From Raja brachyura (taxonomy: Eukaryota): a stretch of 64,000 bases of DNA. Under the pieces are notes generated by a model, which worked only from the letters and a program-made list of their open reading frames with translations, was not told the DNA's origin and searched no databases. Below, in pieces: positions 1 to 11,760 of this stretch. The stretch covers positions 21,948,001-22,012,000 of the forward strand of contig OY740789.1 in the NCBI GenBank assembly GCA_963514005.1, in the 5' to 3' direction. How positions within the stretch are numbered: the stretch's first letter is position 1; each line of letters begins with the position of its first letter. The position numbers and the translations under genes are program-made.

Positions 1-875
1 TAGCATCTTGTTTTTGCTTTTCCATTGACTTAACTCAAAAGCTGTGATCGAGGACAGTCAAAAGCCCATAACTTTCTTAAAAATTAAGAGAACTCAATGA
101 AATGTTCAGTTATTATAGATTAAAGCATTCTGAAACAAATATGAAACAATCTTACTTGGATGACCTGAAATTAAAGCATATAATTAGTCAGTTACCTAAT
201 TGTAGCTAATTACAAAATTCAATTACTAGATCTAAACATCTATCCATTTCTTAAGAAAAGAAATGCCTAAGTGTCCAAATAACATTCACACAATAATTCA
301 CAATATAACAAGATTTTTAAATCTCATTTTCATGAATTTATAGGCCAAATTGAAGGAATTTAGTGTTTAATTCCCGTAAATTAATGGCCATTTAAATCAA
401 CTTGCGAGTGGGTTTTTGTGGAGCGCGATGGATTGGAACGTTGCGGTTTGCGGTGAATTTAAACCTCAGTCGGCAGGAAAAATACTGCCGGTTCGTATAT
501 ATTTTTTGTCCCCTTTTTGCAACATGAAATTTTGATTAAAGGCTTCCTATGAACCACGTTTTTATGTAAAAATAAACTGTACCTTCTTTTGTCCCCTAAG
601 TAAGGTCCGTCCCGTTGTCGGCGTTCACGGCATTAAAAGATGATTTTTAATTCACTCTTGCTAATAAATGATCCAGCGTAGTTTAAAAATAACTCCATAA
701 AACAAATGTCGGAGTGATTTCTCTTTAGCAATAAATCCCCTGAGATTGATCGATTTGAATTGTCTGGCGAAAAATGGCATTTTAAACCCGCCCCCCTCTC
801 AAAGGCGCCAAAGTCGCGCACACGGGCAGTGGCAGAACTGCAGCGCCGCTGAAGGTAAGTTTTGTAACATACCTA
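1..875. mobile_element. Non-autonomous TIR DNA transposon, copy 1 (left part outside window)
   Basis: Colinear with 61098-61986. Ends in TTTTGTAACATACCTA, an imperfect inverted match to the left end TAGCAATGTTACAAAA of copy 2. No transposase ORF. Confidence 0.7.
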
Positions 876-945
876 CTTAAGACCATAAGACATAGGAGCA
901 GAATTAGATCTGAAGTCTGAAGAAGGTTCTCGAACCGAAACATCT

Positions 946-1972
946 CGAACCATGCCAAACCAAGCCACGATGCAACCGGTCAGCATGCTCTCTACTGTGC
1001 ACCTGTAGAAGTTAGAGAGTCCTTCTTGACAAACTGACTCTCCGTAATCTTCTCAGGAAGTAGAGGCACTGATGTGCTTTCTTAATAATTGCATTAGTGT
1101 TCTCGGACCAGGAAAGATCTTCAGAGATGTGCATGTCCAGGAATTTGAAGCTCTTGACCCTTTCAACCATTGACCCGTTGATATAAACGGGACTGTGGGT
1201 CCCCATCCTACTCCTTCCAAAGTCCACAATCAGTTCCTTGGTTTTGCTGGTGTTGAGCGCCAGGTTATTGTGCTGGCACCATATGGACAGTTTCTCGATC
1301 TCGCTTCTATACTCTGACTCATCCCCATCAGTGGTACGTCCCACACCAGTGGTGTCGTCAGCGAACTTGATGATGGAGTTCGCACTGTGACCGGCTACGC
1401 AGTCATGAGTATAGAGTGAGTACAGCAGGGGGCTGCGCATATCTAGTCATTGAGGCACGTCACCTTGCTCTTCTTGGGCACTGGTATAATTGATGCCCTT
1501 TTAAAGCAGGTGGGGACCTCAGACCTCAGAAGTGACAGGTTGAAAATGTCCGTAAAAACTCCAGCCAGTTGGTCCGCACAGGATTTTAGAACATGATCGG
1601 GTATACCATCAGGTCCAGGCACTTTTCGAGGGTTCACCCCTCTGAAGGATTTCCTGACGTCGGCCTCTGTGACTGAGACTGAAATATCATCACAGCGAAT
1701 GTGGGCTCGGGAAGGCACATCGGTGTTCTCCCTATCAATGCGTGCGTAAAACGCATTGAGCTCGTCAGGGAGTGATGTCTCGCCGACATTCGAGCTGCCT
1801 CCTGGTTTTGCCTTGTAGGAAGTGATTGCATTCGGACCCCGCCACAGCTGGAGAACATCTGTCTCATCCTCCAGTTTGGAGCAGAAGTCCCTTTTGGCCT
1901 TTTTGATGGCCTTACCAAGGTCGTATCTGGACTTCTTGTAGTCCTTTGTATCATTAGATGTGAATGGTCTCA
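946..1972 (-). mobile_element. Rex1/Babar-type LINE fragment with internal deletion
   Basis: ORFs 1443-1976 and 1012-1440 closely match the RT region of the 21036-24349 element ([12 protein letters not shown]...FADDT). About 400 nt are missing at 1436-1444. Confidence 0.9.
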
Positions 1973-2180
1973 CCACCCTCTTGCTAGAGGAAATTTATCC
2001 TCATTTCCATTCTGAAGGTATGTCCTTTTATTCTGAGGCTGTGCCCTCTGGTCCTAGACTCTACCATTACTGGAAACTTCCTTTCCACATCCACTCTCTC
2101 TAGGCCTTTCATTATCCGATAGGTATCAATGAGAGACCCCTTCATCCTTCAGGCCCCAAGACTTCAAATGCTCCTCATAG
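1973..2180 (-). mobile_element. CR1-type LINE 3' fragment
   Basis: Similar to the reverse complement of the CR1 copy at 28175-28780 (e.g. CCTCTGGTCCTAGACTCT). Confidence 0.7.
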
Positions 2181-2427
2181 CTCAAGTGTCAAGTCAAGAG
2201 TGGTTGTTTGTTATAAACACTGGGACCAGAACAATGAACTTCTTACTTGCTGCAGCTTTAGAGACACATTAAACACACCACCAAAAATAAGTATGTTTTA
2301 TTATGAGGAACCTGATAAGATTGGCATTTGGTATTGGTTTATTAGTGTTGTTGGGCTGTTATTGTCACTTGTTCTGAGCTAAAGTGGAAAACTTTGTTTA
2401 TGTGCAATACAGTAAAATCATGCTATA

Positions 2428-3278
2428 TGTTACGGGTCCCAAGGTTGGGCACCGTAAAGCAGATAGATAACCTGTATAAAAGCAGGTGTGAGAAGGCAAA
2501 TGAGGACACAGTGCATCTTAATTCATCCCCAGGTTGCTTCTGCTGGTTGTTTTATTCAATAATCATGTAAACACAAAACATTGCTCTTATCATTGGTTCA
2601 GTCATCCATTTTGTCTCTCCCTAACACACCCATTTTGTTACAGTTTCACTCACAGCCCATTCTTTCCTATGTTTCCCTTGTACTCAATACACTCTCTGTG
2701 CGATTTACACACTTGTATTTTTGATTTTACACTTCAATAAATATTATTAGGCACTTAATTAACCTTCACTGTACATTTCCAGCAACATGCTAAAAGTTGA
2801 CATTTGGCCTTTTTTTTCTATGCCATATCCTCATTGCAATGTCTGCAACCACTACAGGTTATGGAATGACCTAATAAGAAACATGCCCATGCTACACATT
2901 ATTATATCTTCCAACCCAGCACACAGAAACATTAACAACCAGTAACCCACTAACTTCAACTTTCTTAACACCCAAAACAACACAGAAACTTCACCCAACC
3001 ATATTCAAACCCCAAAAGTGCATATTTGTGTGGTCCTGACAGTCTACCAACCTGTATAAAAGCAGGTGTGAGAAGGCAAATGAGGACACAGTGCATCTTA
3101 ATTCATCCCCAGGTTGCTTCTGCTGAGATGGGGGGGGGGGGGAGTCCCTTGCTGTTTCCAGTCCCCGCAGCAACTGGAGTAACACAGAGGTTCCCCCTCA
3201 CTGCTGCACCTTATAAACTGCCAATACACCATCACATAAATTGAATCAATGTGGGCACACCGTCTTAGATGCGCCACA
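2428..3278 (-). repeat. 3' LTR (851 bp)
   Basis: Direct repeat of 9917-10766. By eye it differs only in a G-run (13 vs 12). Confidence 0.97.
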
Positions 3279-3289
3279 CGCTCCCCAAC
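3279..3289 (-). other. Polypurine tract candidate
   Basis: GTTGGGGAGCG on the minus strand directly abutting the 3' LTR. Confidence 0.65.
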
Positions 3290-3444
3290 AACAAAAGTGG
3301 CTCCTGACACTTATTTCAAATCGCAAGTGTCCATTGAAAATAATCAACAATCTTTCACAGACTCAAAAATATTTACAATATTCAAAATCTTCAACTATAA
3401 AAAAATATATGACTCTAGTTTGATTACATCACCACTGTTCATTC

Positions 3445-6400
3445 TCAATAACCCTGTACCGTACATGGCAAGTATGAATATTGGACCATGGGTGCACACT
3501 GGAATGATGGCCTGTACAGTGGGTGAGTATAGGGCATGAGGTACGTGCCAATAGTGTTCACAGCAGGAAATGGTTGATAGGTCGGATGACCAAGAGATGA
3601 GTAGGTGAGCCTTTGGACTGGCCGTCTTTCCCTTGTGGACCGTCTCACTGTAACAGGGGATCCAGGTTCAGAAGGTGAGAGAGAGTGATGCTCGAGATCT
3701 GCAACAATCTTCTCATCTTGTTCAGTGTCATGGGGAATGTCCTGATCATCCTCCTGTTGTGGTTCGCCTTCATCTGTTGAGTGTCTTTTCCATTGATCCT
3801 GTGGCTGTATTTCAGCTTCTGGTGGCCTCAAGTCCATTTCAGGTGATATTTGGACCACCATCCGTTCTTGACTTCTTTCATGTTTTCCGACTGATATGAA
3901 TGAATCTTTATCCCTTTGTCGGGTCACTCGAGTGGGTGTTCTTTGTGCTTGCTCATGTTGGATTCTGGCAGGTTTACTAGGAGTCTGAGCCGGCATTCTC
4001 TCAGGCGTAGCTGCTGTCCTTGGCTCAGCCCGACTTAGGGGTATCCTCAACCAATAACCTCCTCCTGACTCATCATCCGAGTCAGATGTCTCTGCATTCT
4101 CGGTTCTGTCTCTTATGTCACTCCTTCTCAGCTGAGGTTTCCTTTTCGTCTGTGGCTTTGAAGTTGGTTTGGTCTGCTGCGATGGGAATTCCACTGGTAA
4201 ATCATTGACCAGTAAAAGCAGGTTTCTATGCAGCGTCCTCAGTCTCCCTTTGCCATCGTTTTCTGGATGAATAACATACACTGGGTTGTCTGAGACTTGC
4301 TCTTTCACTACATATATCCTCTTTTCCCAGTAGGAACGTAGTTTCCCAGGCCCACCTCGCTCTCCCAGATTTCTAACCAACACTCTATCCCCAGGCTTCA
4401 GGACCACTCCTCTCACCTTCTGATCATAGTAGGACTTTCCTTTTGCACTTGAAGCCAGACTGTTGTTGTTAGCAATGCGGTATGCTTCCGCCATCCTTTT
4501 TTGCCACTTCTCAGCATAACCTTTGTGCGTCACTGGATCTATTTCTTCAGCCAACCCAAACAAGAGATCCACAGGAAGGCGAGGGTGTCGACCATAGAGA
4601 AGATAGTGAGGGGAATAGCCAGTGGACTCATGGCGTGTGCAGTTATACGCATGTACAACCTGTGGGAGATGTTCTTTCCATATCTCCTTTTCTATGTCTG
4701 TCAGAGTTCGCAGCATCTGCAGCAAGGTTCGATTGAATCGCTCTGCTGGATTACTTTGCGGGTGATATGGAGATGTTCGGGAATGTCCTACTCCAGAGAG
4801 CTGGCCAAGGGTTCGAAACAGTTCATTCTCGAATTCACGTCCTTGGTCATGATGGAGCTTGTTTGGGAATCCGAAACGTGGTACAAAGTCATTGTAAATC
4901 CGTTCTGCTGCCGTCCGGCCAGACTTGTTTCTTGTAGGGTAGGCCTGAGCAAACCTTGTAAAATGGTCAATTACTACTAGGATGTACTCATAACCGCCTT
5001 TGCTCTTTTTCAGGTGTAAGAAGTCGATACAAACCATTTCTAGGGGTGAGTTAGACTTCAGACCGCTCATTGGTGCACGCACATGCACTGTAGGCTTCTT
5101 CTGTTTGATGCAACTGCACTTCTTTGTTACATAGTCCTCGACACACCTTTTCATGTAGGGCCAGTAAAACCTCTCCCTGGCGAGGTGAAGAACTCTCTCC
5201 ATGCCCACATGTCCCATGTTGTCGTGGAGGTGCTTTAATACCACAGGGTGGTATTTCAGAGGTAGTACTAATTGTTTCCTACTTGTTGTTCTTCGGTACA
5301 GCAACCCATCCTCGATGTGCAACCTGCTCCACTCATGCAGAAGCTTGCATGCGCTTCCTCTCACAGTCCTTCTGATGTCGTCTGTCAATTTACTGTTCAT
5401 CTCTTTGAGCTTTAAGATCTTTCCTATCTCGGGATCCTCTCTTTGAGCTTGGACCAAGTCGTCATGACTAATGCTGTGTAGAGGGGCGCGGGGCTGTAGG
5501 ACAACATCTTGAGAGGAGACAGCGAGAGCGGCTATCCATGCCACATCTTTCCTCTGGGCTGCTTGACTTCCTTCCCAAGCTGCATTCACTACATCCTGCG
5601 ACAACTCCTCTGTGCATGTTGACATGTACTGGTCAATATCAAGAGGGACTCGGGACAGAGTATCTGCGTCCGTGTTGACTCTTCCTGGTCTGTACCTGAT
5701 GTCAAAATGGAAGTCTGACAGTTCTCCCACCCACCGGTGACCAACCGCATTGAGCTTGGCAGTGCTCATGATGTAAGTAAGTGGGTTGTTGTCAGTGAAG
5801 ATGGTAAAGTGTGGAGCATAATAGAGGTAGTCCCTAAATTTCTCGCACACTGCCCACTTAAGTGCAAGGAACTCCAACTTGCCACTATGCATATGGTAGT
5901 TCCTCTCTGCAGCTGTCAAAGTCCGTGACTCACACCCAATGACTCGTAGCTTTCCCTCCTGTTGCTGGTAGAGAACAGCTCCTAGACCTTGCTCTGATGC
6001 ATCGGTATGCAAGACGAAAGGCCTGTCGAAGTTTGGGTATGCCAAAACCGGTGGATGTGTCAACGTGTCAATCAGTCTCTCGAGTACACTTTGATGTTCA
6101 GCAGTCCACTGTATGGGTGCCCTGGATGACAGTTGGGGTCCCTTGGCTTTACCTTGTCGCGACTGGACTTGAATTGAGGATTTCCCTTGGAGCATCTCAT
6201 ACAATGGCTTTGCTATCTTTGAGAAGTTTTGAACGTATGTCCTGTAGTAACTGAGAAAACCGAGAACCCTTCTCAAATCACCTACCGTCTGTGGTGTTTT
6301 GTCTTTCAAAGCCAGCACAGCATTCAGGTCCTTGGGATCAACTCGAATACCGTTAGCAGAGACAAGGCGGCCAACATAGCGAACCTCTTGCTTGAACAAC

Positions 6401-8181
6401 TCACACTTTTCAGATCGGAGCTTTACCCCTTGATGTTGCAAAGCTTGGAGAACCCTGCGGACCACTTCCACATGATCTTCAAATGACCGCGAGTAGCAGA
6501 GGATGTCATCGAGGTAGGGTATACAGCACTCATCCCTCAGCGAACTCAACATCTCCTCCATACTTCTCTGGAATGCTGCTGGCGCATTTGATAGGCCAAA
6601 CGGGATCCTTACCCACTCATAAAACCCCCAGGGTGTGATGAAAGCAGTGAGATGACGTGAACTTTCAGCCACGAAACCCTGGTGGTAGGCCTTACCCTGG
6701 TCAAGGATGCTAAACCACGAGTAACCACCCAAGGTGTCCAGCAAGTCTCGTATTCGAGGCAGTGGGTGTCTATCCGGCACCGTTTTCTGATTCAATAGAC
6801 GATAATCTATGCAGAGGCGCAGCGTACCGTCTTTCTTCCGCACACACACAACTGGAGCGGCATAGGAGGACCTAGATTTCACAATCCATCCCTTGACAAG
6901 GAGGTCTTGAACATATTCCTTTACTTCTCTCAACAGCGGTTTTGGGATGGATGTGTACGCTCTCTGCACAGGAATGTCATCTTTCAGATTTATCACCATT
7001 TGCAGGCTTGGGTTGCATCCAATATCATTTTCATCTCTGGCAAAGGCTTTTGACTCCTCAAATAACATTTTCCTGACAACCTCTTGCTGATTTTCCTCCA
7101 GGTGATCAAGGTTCACGAGCGGATGCCACAGTGATGGAGTTGGTTGATGAAGTTGAGAGGTGACCTCGTTGACTGTTGTCATGGATGCCACTTTTCTTGG
7201 AGGGTCAGCTTCCACAACCCTTTCAATATGCTGTAAGGTGCCCAGGGCTGTCTTACGTGGCAAGATAATGTCATGGCTGGTGTTGTTGCCAACAGCAATG
7301 GTGACATACGGTTTTAAAGGATTCTGCATTTCAACCAAACCTGTTCCTAGATCTAGCTGATCCAAAGGCTGACTGCCTTCGTCTGATTCGAACAATACCA
7401 GACGGCCATAGGAGTTCATGGTTGGGGGAACCCGGCATCTCACCCAGCTGACTTGTCCAGCTGGAACGACCACGTCCTTTGCACCAGTTCTTAGGCATCC
7501 TTGTGGCATACTTGGCTCCACTGTCTGAATAAAACTCACCACTGCTTCGGCTTTCTCACTTGAAACACCAATGGCATTCTGAAACAACTGTATCAGAGTA
7601 GGTACTAACCTTTCTGGCTGTCCCTCAACAAGCTGCTCAAGAACATTAAAACCAATCAACGGTCTTTCCATGGTCAAGCTGCTAACTAAGAATGGGACAC
7701 TGATGGCAAGACTTGGGTCCTCATTCCCAGGTAGGTTGGTCATTATAGGAATCCATCCATCAAAAGGAATGAGCTCTCCATTGACTGCATAAACCTTTAG
7801 CTCATCCAGTTCCTCAATGATCTCAGACATTGGTCGAATGTTTAGATCAGGCAGGTGTAGATCTTTCCAGGCACGGCTGATAATACTAACTTGTGCGCCC
7901 GAGTCAAGCCATGCAGTTACCGCCAAACCACTTAGATTACATTGTATCAGAGCCTTCTTTCCTATCATGTTGGCGGCAGCTTTACGTTTGGTACATTGTG
8001 GTTCAAAAGAGAACTGAGAAGATGATTTGCTTTGTTTGTCATTGTACTGTGTGCTCGCTACTTCTGAAGTGGCGGACAAAGGAAGATCTGTATTGTTGTC
8101 ATCACAATCAGTTTGAGTTTGGGGACGTTTCTCAGATCCGATCACTGGGCGCCCCCCTGCAGCGACCGGTGCAAGTTTCCC
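3445..8181 (-). CDS. pol: Gypsy Pol (aspartic protease, RT, RNase H, integrase), entered by -1 frameshift
   Basis: 1599-aa open frame with DSGA protease motif, RLCIDYR/PFGL/YLDD RT motifs, TDAS...ELFLALKWA-type RNase H, HHCC zinc finger, D-D-E integrase (IDF, HHDQG, PAER) and a long low-complexity C-terminal tail. Confidence 0.96.
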   Translation of the reverse strand, partial: GKLAPVAAGGRPVIGSEKRPQTQTDCDDNNTDLPLSATSEVASTQYNDKQSKSSSQFSFEPQCTKRKAAANMIGKKALIQCNLSGLAVTAWLDSGAQVSIISRAWKDLHLPDLNIRPMSEIIEELDELKVYAVNGELIPFDGWIPIMTNLPGNEDPSLAISVPFLVSSLTMERPLIGFNVLEQLVEGQPERLVPTLIQLFQNAIGVSSEKAEAVVSFIQTVEPSMPQGCLRTGAKDVVVPAGQVSWVRCRVPPTMNSYGRLVLFESDEGSQPLDQLDLGTGLVEMQNPLKPYVTIAVGNNTSHDIILPRKTALGTLQHIERVVEADPPRKVASMTTVNEVTSQLHQPTPSLWHPLVNLDHLEENQQEVVRKMLFEESKAFARDENDIGCNPSLQMVINLKDDIPVQRAYTSIPKPLLREVKEYVQDLLVKGWIVKSRSSYAAPVVCVRKKDGTLRLCIDYRLLNQKTVPDRHPLPRIRDLLDTLGGYSWFSILDQGKAYHQGFVAESSRHLTAFITPWGFYEWVRIPFGLSNAPAAFQRSMEEMLSSLRDECCIPYLDDILCYSRSFEDHVEVVRRVLQALQHQGVKLRSEKCELFKQEVRYVGRLVSANGIRVDPKDLNAVLALKDKTPQTVGDLRRVLGFLSYYRTYVQNFSKIAKPLYEMLQGKSSIQVQSRQGKAKGPQLSSRAPIQWTAEHQSVLERLIDTLTHPPVLAYPNFDRPFVLHTDASEQGLGAVLYQQQEGKLRVIGCESRTLTAAERNYHMHSGKLEFLALKWAVCEKFRDYLYYAPHFTIFTDNNPLTYIMSTAKLNAVGHRWVGELSDFHFDIRYRPGRVNTDADTLSRVPLDIDQYMSTCTEELSQDVVNAAWEGSQAAQRKDVAWIAALAVSSQDVVLQPRAPLHSISHDDLVQAQREDPEIGKILKLKEMNSKLTDDIRRTVRGSACKLLHEWSRLHIEDGLLYRRTTSRKQLVLPLKYHPVVLKHLHDNMGHVGMERVLHLARERFYWPYMKRCVEDYVTKKCSCIKQKKPTVHVRAPMSGLKSNSPLEMVCIDFLHLKKSKGGYEYILVVIDHFTRFAQAYPTRNKSGRTAAERIYNDFVPRFGFPNKLHHDQGREFENELFRTLGQLSGVGHSRTSPYHPQSNPAERFNRTLLQMLRTLTDIEKEIWKEHLPQVVHAYNCTRHESTGYSPHYLLYGRHPRLPVDLLFGLAEEIDPVTHKGYAEKWQKRMAEAYRIANNNSLASSAKGKSYYDQKVRGVVLKPGDRVLVRNLGERGGPGKLRSYWEKRIYVVKEQVSDNPVYVIHPENDGKGRLRTLHRNLLLLVNDLPVEFPSQQTKPTSKPQTKRKPQLRRSDIRDRTENAETSDSDDESGGGYWLRIPLSRAEPRTAATPERMPAQTPSKPARIQHEQAQRTPTRVTRQRDKDSFISVGKHERSQERMVVQISPEMDLRPPEAEIQPQDQWKRHSTDEGEPQQEDDQDIPHDTEQDEKIVADLEHHSLSPSEPGSPVTVRRSTRERRPVQRLTYSSLGHPTYQPFPAVNTIGTYLMPYTHPLYRPSFQCAPMVQYSYLPCTVQGY
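8121..8181 (-). other. -1 programmed ribosomal frameshift signal (slippery site plus H-type pseudoknot)
   Basis: G GGA AAC in the gag frame (8181-8175), 5-nt spacer, 10-bp stem CCGGUCGCUG/CAGUGAUCGG, loop GGGGGCG pairing with downstream CGUCCCC. pol is in the -1 frame. Confidence 0.85.
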
Positions 8182-9734
8182 TGACTCTTCTGTTTCTTTA
8201 AGCAGCCAACAGCTCTGTGGCCTTCCTCCCCACACGAGAAACAATGGTTACAGTCTGGGCAGTTTTGTTCAACACATTTTGGACAACCGTATGATTTATC
8301 TCTCCTGGGTCTCATTTTATTTTGAGAATATTGGTTCCTCACATCTGTTGGTTGTGGCTTAATTTGTCGTTTCATGGCCTCAATCATACTTGTGAGCTCA
8401 TCTACCTTGGCTGTAAGCTCTTTAATTGGGTCTGTCTTTACTTTTGGCGCCACACTCTCTTGCTTGCTACCCTGCTCTTTTGCTGTATTCGGCTCAAACT
8501 GTGCACCATGTGCATGAACTGCAGCCTGCCGACGAAAAGGACCTATCCTCTTTTGTCTCTCACTTTCTTCACTGGTGATTTTCATTACCTGGCGCAATAT
8601 TGTCTCATCACTTACTTCACCACTGGACAAGAGAGGTTTTATTTCTCTGCGTAGCTCACTATGTTTGTAGCCCAATCCCTGGTAAACTGTATGTAGGAAG
8701 CCATCTTGAACAGTGGCTGCACTGTATTTTATACCTGCGTCTGACAGTTTTGATGTGAATAGGACACGTTGCTTCAAACCTATGACACGATAGAGGAATT
8801 GTTGTGGTGTCTCGTTCTCCTCCTGCTTGGCACATATTAACTCTTGAAATAACTCTGCACTGCTTTTTTCTCTTAGGTGAGCCTGGAGAAATCCCTTGAG
8901 TTCCATCACAGTCAAGTCATCCTTGTTCATTAGCATCTCTTTAAAAATTCCAGGTTTCATTATCCGGAGCACACCACGAACTATCTCTGCATCATGGAAG
9001 CCTTCTTTGATCCCTTCTTCTATTTGCTTACAGACATTGCTATAACTGATGTCTGACGAATGATCACCAACCTGGCCCCCTTGTACCTTAAACTCCCTTC
9101 TCTGGAGATAGGCGAGATCTCTTATGGAAATCATCCCCTCTCGATTGGGTTGAACAACTGTCGGGTTGTGGTATGATGAGTCACTTCGAGACTTATTAGC
9201 CTGTGCTGCTACTGGCGGACAGTCTTCTGGTGACTGAGTTGTCGGTACCATAATGCTTTGTTTCAGCCTTTTACCAAGCTCCTCATAGCTAGTGAGCATT
9301 TCGAGTAACTCTACGTTTGTGGAGTCAGATACAGCAGTAGGTAGTACTGGGTCAGTGGTGAAAGCATCACTGTTTGGCAAAGTAGAACTGACTTGGAACA
9401 TTTGGTTAGTAGTATCTCCATGAGCACCTATGGGTTGTGTTTCTAGCTCTGGCAAACACAATACTTTTCGGGTCTTTACAATATCATCAATAGCATCTTT
9501 CAAACCCAACAATTCAGACATTCCACTGTCTTCTGACTCTAACAAATGCTTACTGTACATGAATGAACTGATTTTGTCGAAGCAGCCTTCATGGTCTCCT
9601 TCATGGAGTTCAGACAGGTCCCAATCTGACGTTGAACCCATCTCTTTGGCGATGTGACAAAGCTCTGCAGCTGACAAGGTGAGCAGTGACTTCCGAATGT
9701 CCCACACTAGGCTCTTCCTCCCACTCTCTGACAT
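8142..9734 (-). CDS. gag: Gypsy Gag (530 aa)
   Basis: ATG-initiated ORF downstream of the PBS with [10 protein letters not shown] major-homology-like motif and C-terminal CX2CX4HX4C knuckle ([14 protein letters not shown]) preceded by extra CxxC pairs. Confidence 0.95.
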   Translation of the reverse strand: MSESGRKSLVWDIRKSLLTLSAAELCHIAKEMGSTSDWDLSELHEGDHEGCFDKISSFMYSKHLLESEDSGMSELLGLKDAIDDIVKTRKVLCLPELETQPIGAHGDTTNQMFQVSSTLPNSDAFTTDPVLPTAVSDSTNVELLEMLTSYEELGKRLKQSIMVPTTQSPEDCPPVAAQANKSRSDSSYHNPTVVQPNREGMISIRDLAYLQRREFKVQGGQVGDHSSDISYSNVCKQIEEGIKEGFHDAEIVRGVLRIMKPGIFKEMLMNKDDLTVMELKGFLQAHLREKSSAELFQELICAKQEENETPQQFLYRVIGLKQRVLFTSKLSDAGIKYSAATVQDGFLHTVYQGLGYKHSELRREIKPLLSSGEVSDETILRQVMKITSEESERQKRIGPFRRQAAVHAHGAQFEPNTAKEQGSKQESVAPKVKTDPIKELTAKVDELTSMIEAMKRQIKPQPTDVRNQYSQNKMRPRRDKSYGCPKCVEQNCPDCNHCFSCGEEGHRAVGCLKKQKSQGNLHRSLQGGAQ

Positions 9735-9893
9735 GGCAGCAGCGTTTCACCGTCCTTCACGATGGATCACAGTTCAGCAATGGCACAGTCTCTGCTCCGA
9801 CTCACCGCTCTCGGCACTCAGCTCGAATGAGCCCTGTCTCGGTCTCAGGTGTCATTAGTTGATCAGCTCCACTCCAACCACGAAGTGGCGCCG

Positions 9894-9911
9894 ACCCCGG
9901 ACGAGCCCCCA
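9894..9911 (-). other. Primer binding site, tRNA-Pro
   Basis: TGGGGGCTCGTCCGGGGT, 17/18 match to the canonical Pro PBS TGGGGGCTCGTCCGGGAT, 5 nt inside the 5' LTR. Confidence 0.9.
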
Positions 9912-9916
9912 CGATC

Positions 9917-10766
9917 TGTTACGGGTCCCAAGGTTGGGCACCGTAAAGCAGATAGATAACCTGTATAAAAGCAGGTGTGAGAAGGCAAATGAGGACACAG
10001 TGCATCTTAATTCATCCCCAGGTTGCTTCTGCTGGTTGTTTTATTCAATAATCATGTAAACACAAAACATTGCTCTTATCATTGGTTCAGTCATCCATTT
10101 TGTCTCTCCCTAACACACCCATTTTGTTACAGTTTCACTCACAGCCCATTCTTTCCTATGTTTCCCTTGTACTCAATACACTCTCTGTGCGATTTACACA
10201 CTTGTATTTTTGATTTTACACTTCAATAAATATTATTAGGCACTTAATTAACCTTCACTGTACATTTCCAGCAACATGCTAAAAGTTGACATTTGGCCTT
10301 TTTTTTCTATGCCATATCCTCATTGCAATGTCTGCAACCACTACAGGTTATGGAATGACCTAATAAGAAACATGCCCATGCTACACATTATTATATCTTC
10401 CAACCCAGCACACAGAAACATTAACAACCAGTAACCCACTAACTTCAACTTTCTTAACACCCAAAACAACACAGAAACTTCACCCAACCATATTCAAACC
10501 CCAAAAGTGCATATTTGTGTGGTCCTGACAGTCTACCAACCTGTATAAAAGCAGGTGTGAGAAGGCAAATGAGGACACAGTGCATCTTAATTCATCCCCA
10601 GGTTGCTTCTGCTGAGATGGGGGGGGGGGGAGTCCCTTGCTGTTTCCAGTCCCCGCAGCAACTGGAGTAACACAGAGGTTCCCCCTCACTGCTGCACCTT
10701 ATAAACTGCCAATACACCATCACATAAATTGAATCAATGTGGGCACACCGTCTTAGATGCGCCACA
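9917..10766 (-). repeat. 5' LTR (850 bp)
   Basis: Direct repeat of 2428-3278, adjacent to the PBS. Confidence 0.97.
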
Positions 10767-11134
10767 TATACAAACATAAGGTCAAGTCAATGCACAACAC
10801 AAGAGAAAATACCAGACTGCAAAATATAGTATTACAGTGTTGTAGTGTTACGGCAACAGAAAGTACAGATCAAAAAAAGGCCATGCACCAAGTGCAGTAT
10901 TATGCAGGATGGATAAGTCAACCATAGGGAAAGTTGTAGCTTCATCCTAGCCTGAGCCACCACTAATTACTATCAGATGGTTTTAATTGCATCAAAAGCA
11001 ACCCAACAGGGCCATTGGGAAAGTTTTTGTTTTAACATATCAGTAGTACAGTCGTGAATTCACCTCCAGACATTGGAGATGTGGAACTTCCAATTTGCTT
11101 CAAAATCTTGAGAAAGGAATAAGAACATAAGATA

Positions 11135-11305
11135 CATTGAAGAGAGAGTTAGATATAGCTCTTAGAGCTAATGGAATCAAGGGATATGGGGAGAAAGCAG
11201 GAACGGGGTTCTGATTTTGGATGATCAGCTGTGATCATATTGAATGGTGGTGCTGGTTCGAAGGGCTGAATAACCTACTCCCGCACCTATTTTCCATCTT
11301 TCTAA
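11135..11305 (+). mobile_element. CR1-type LINE 3' tail
   Basis: GGGATATGGGGAGAAAGCAGG...GATCATATTGAATGG tail shared with the other CR1 copies. Confidence 0.75.
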
Positions 11306-11508
11306 ATGGAGCATCCTAGCGAAAGGGAAGAAAAGTGTTAATGCTTACAGCATTGCCTCGTAGAATGTTGAGAAATATCAGTTTAGACATGGATAATCAA
11401 ACTGTAGACAATTGATAAACTAACCAAGGAGCCTTATCAACTCAGAGCACATGACCACAATATGTTTAAATAATCTGTACAGCATGATTTATACAGCAAA
11501 ATGAGACC

Positions 11509-11760
11509 TGCGATCCCCGCACATTAATTCTTTCCTGCACGCATTCGGGACAATTTTACATTTTTACCAAGCCAATTGACCTACAAACCTGAATGTTTCG
11601 GAGTGTGGGAGGAAACCGAAGATCTCGGACAAAACCCACGCGGTCACGGGGAGAACAAACAAACTCTGTGCGGACAGCATCCGTAGTCAGGATCGAACCA
11701 GGGTCTCTGGCACTGTAAGAGATGCAATGCAGCAACTCTACTGCTGTGCCATCGTGCCGC
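11509..11760 (-). mobile_element. tRNA-derived SINE (HE1/V-SINE-like)
   Basis: A/B-box head (GGTTCGATCC) and V-domain-like GGTTTCCTCCCACACTCC. Repeated across the window. Confidence 0.8.

Larger units (their letters stand above)
2428..10766 (-). mobile_element. Full-length Ty3/Gypsy LTR retrotransposon, intact and recent
   Basis: Two TG...CA LTRs, 4-bp TSD TATA (2424-2427 and 10767-10770), PBS, PPT, open gag and pol with PR-RT-RH-IN order. Confidence 0.98.

Noticed and set aside
2534-3539. env-like or accessory ORFs near or within the LTR
   Set aside because: Short, no motifs, and only about 165 nt lie between the pol stop and the LTR.
8182-8244. Independent start codon for pol
   Set aside because: The ORF-track start is a non-ATG codon within gag; the -1 frameshift cassette explains pol expression.
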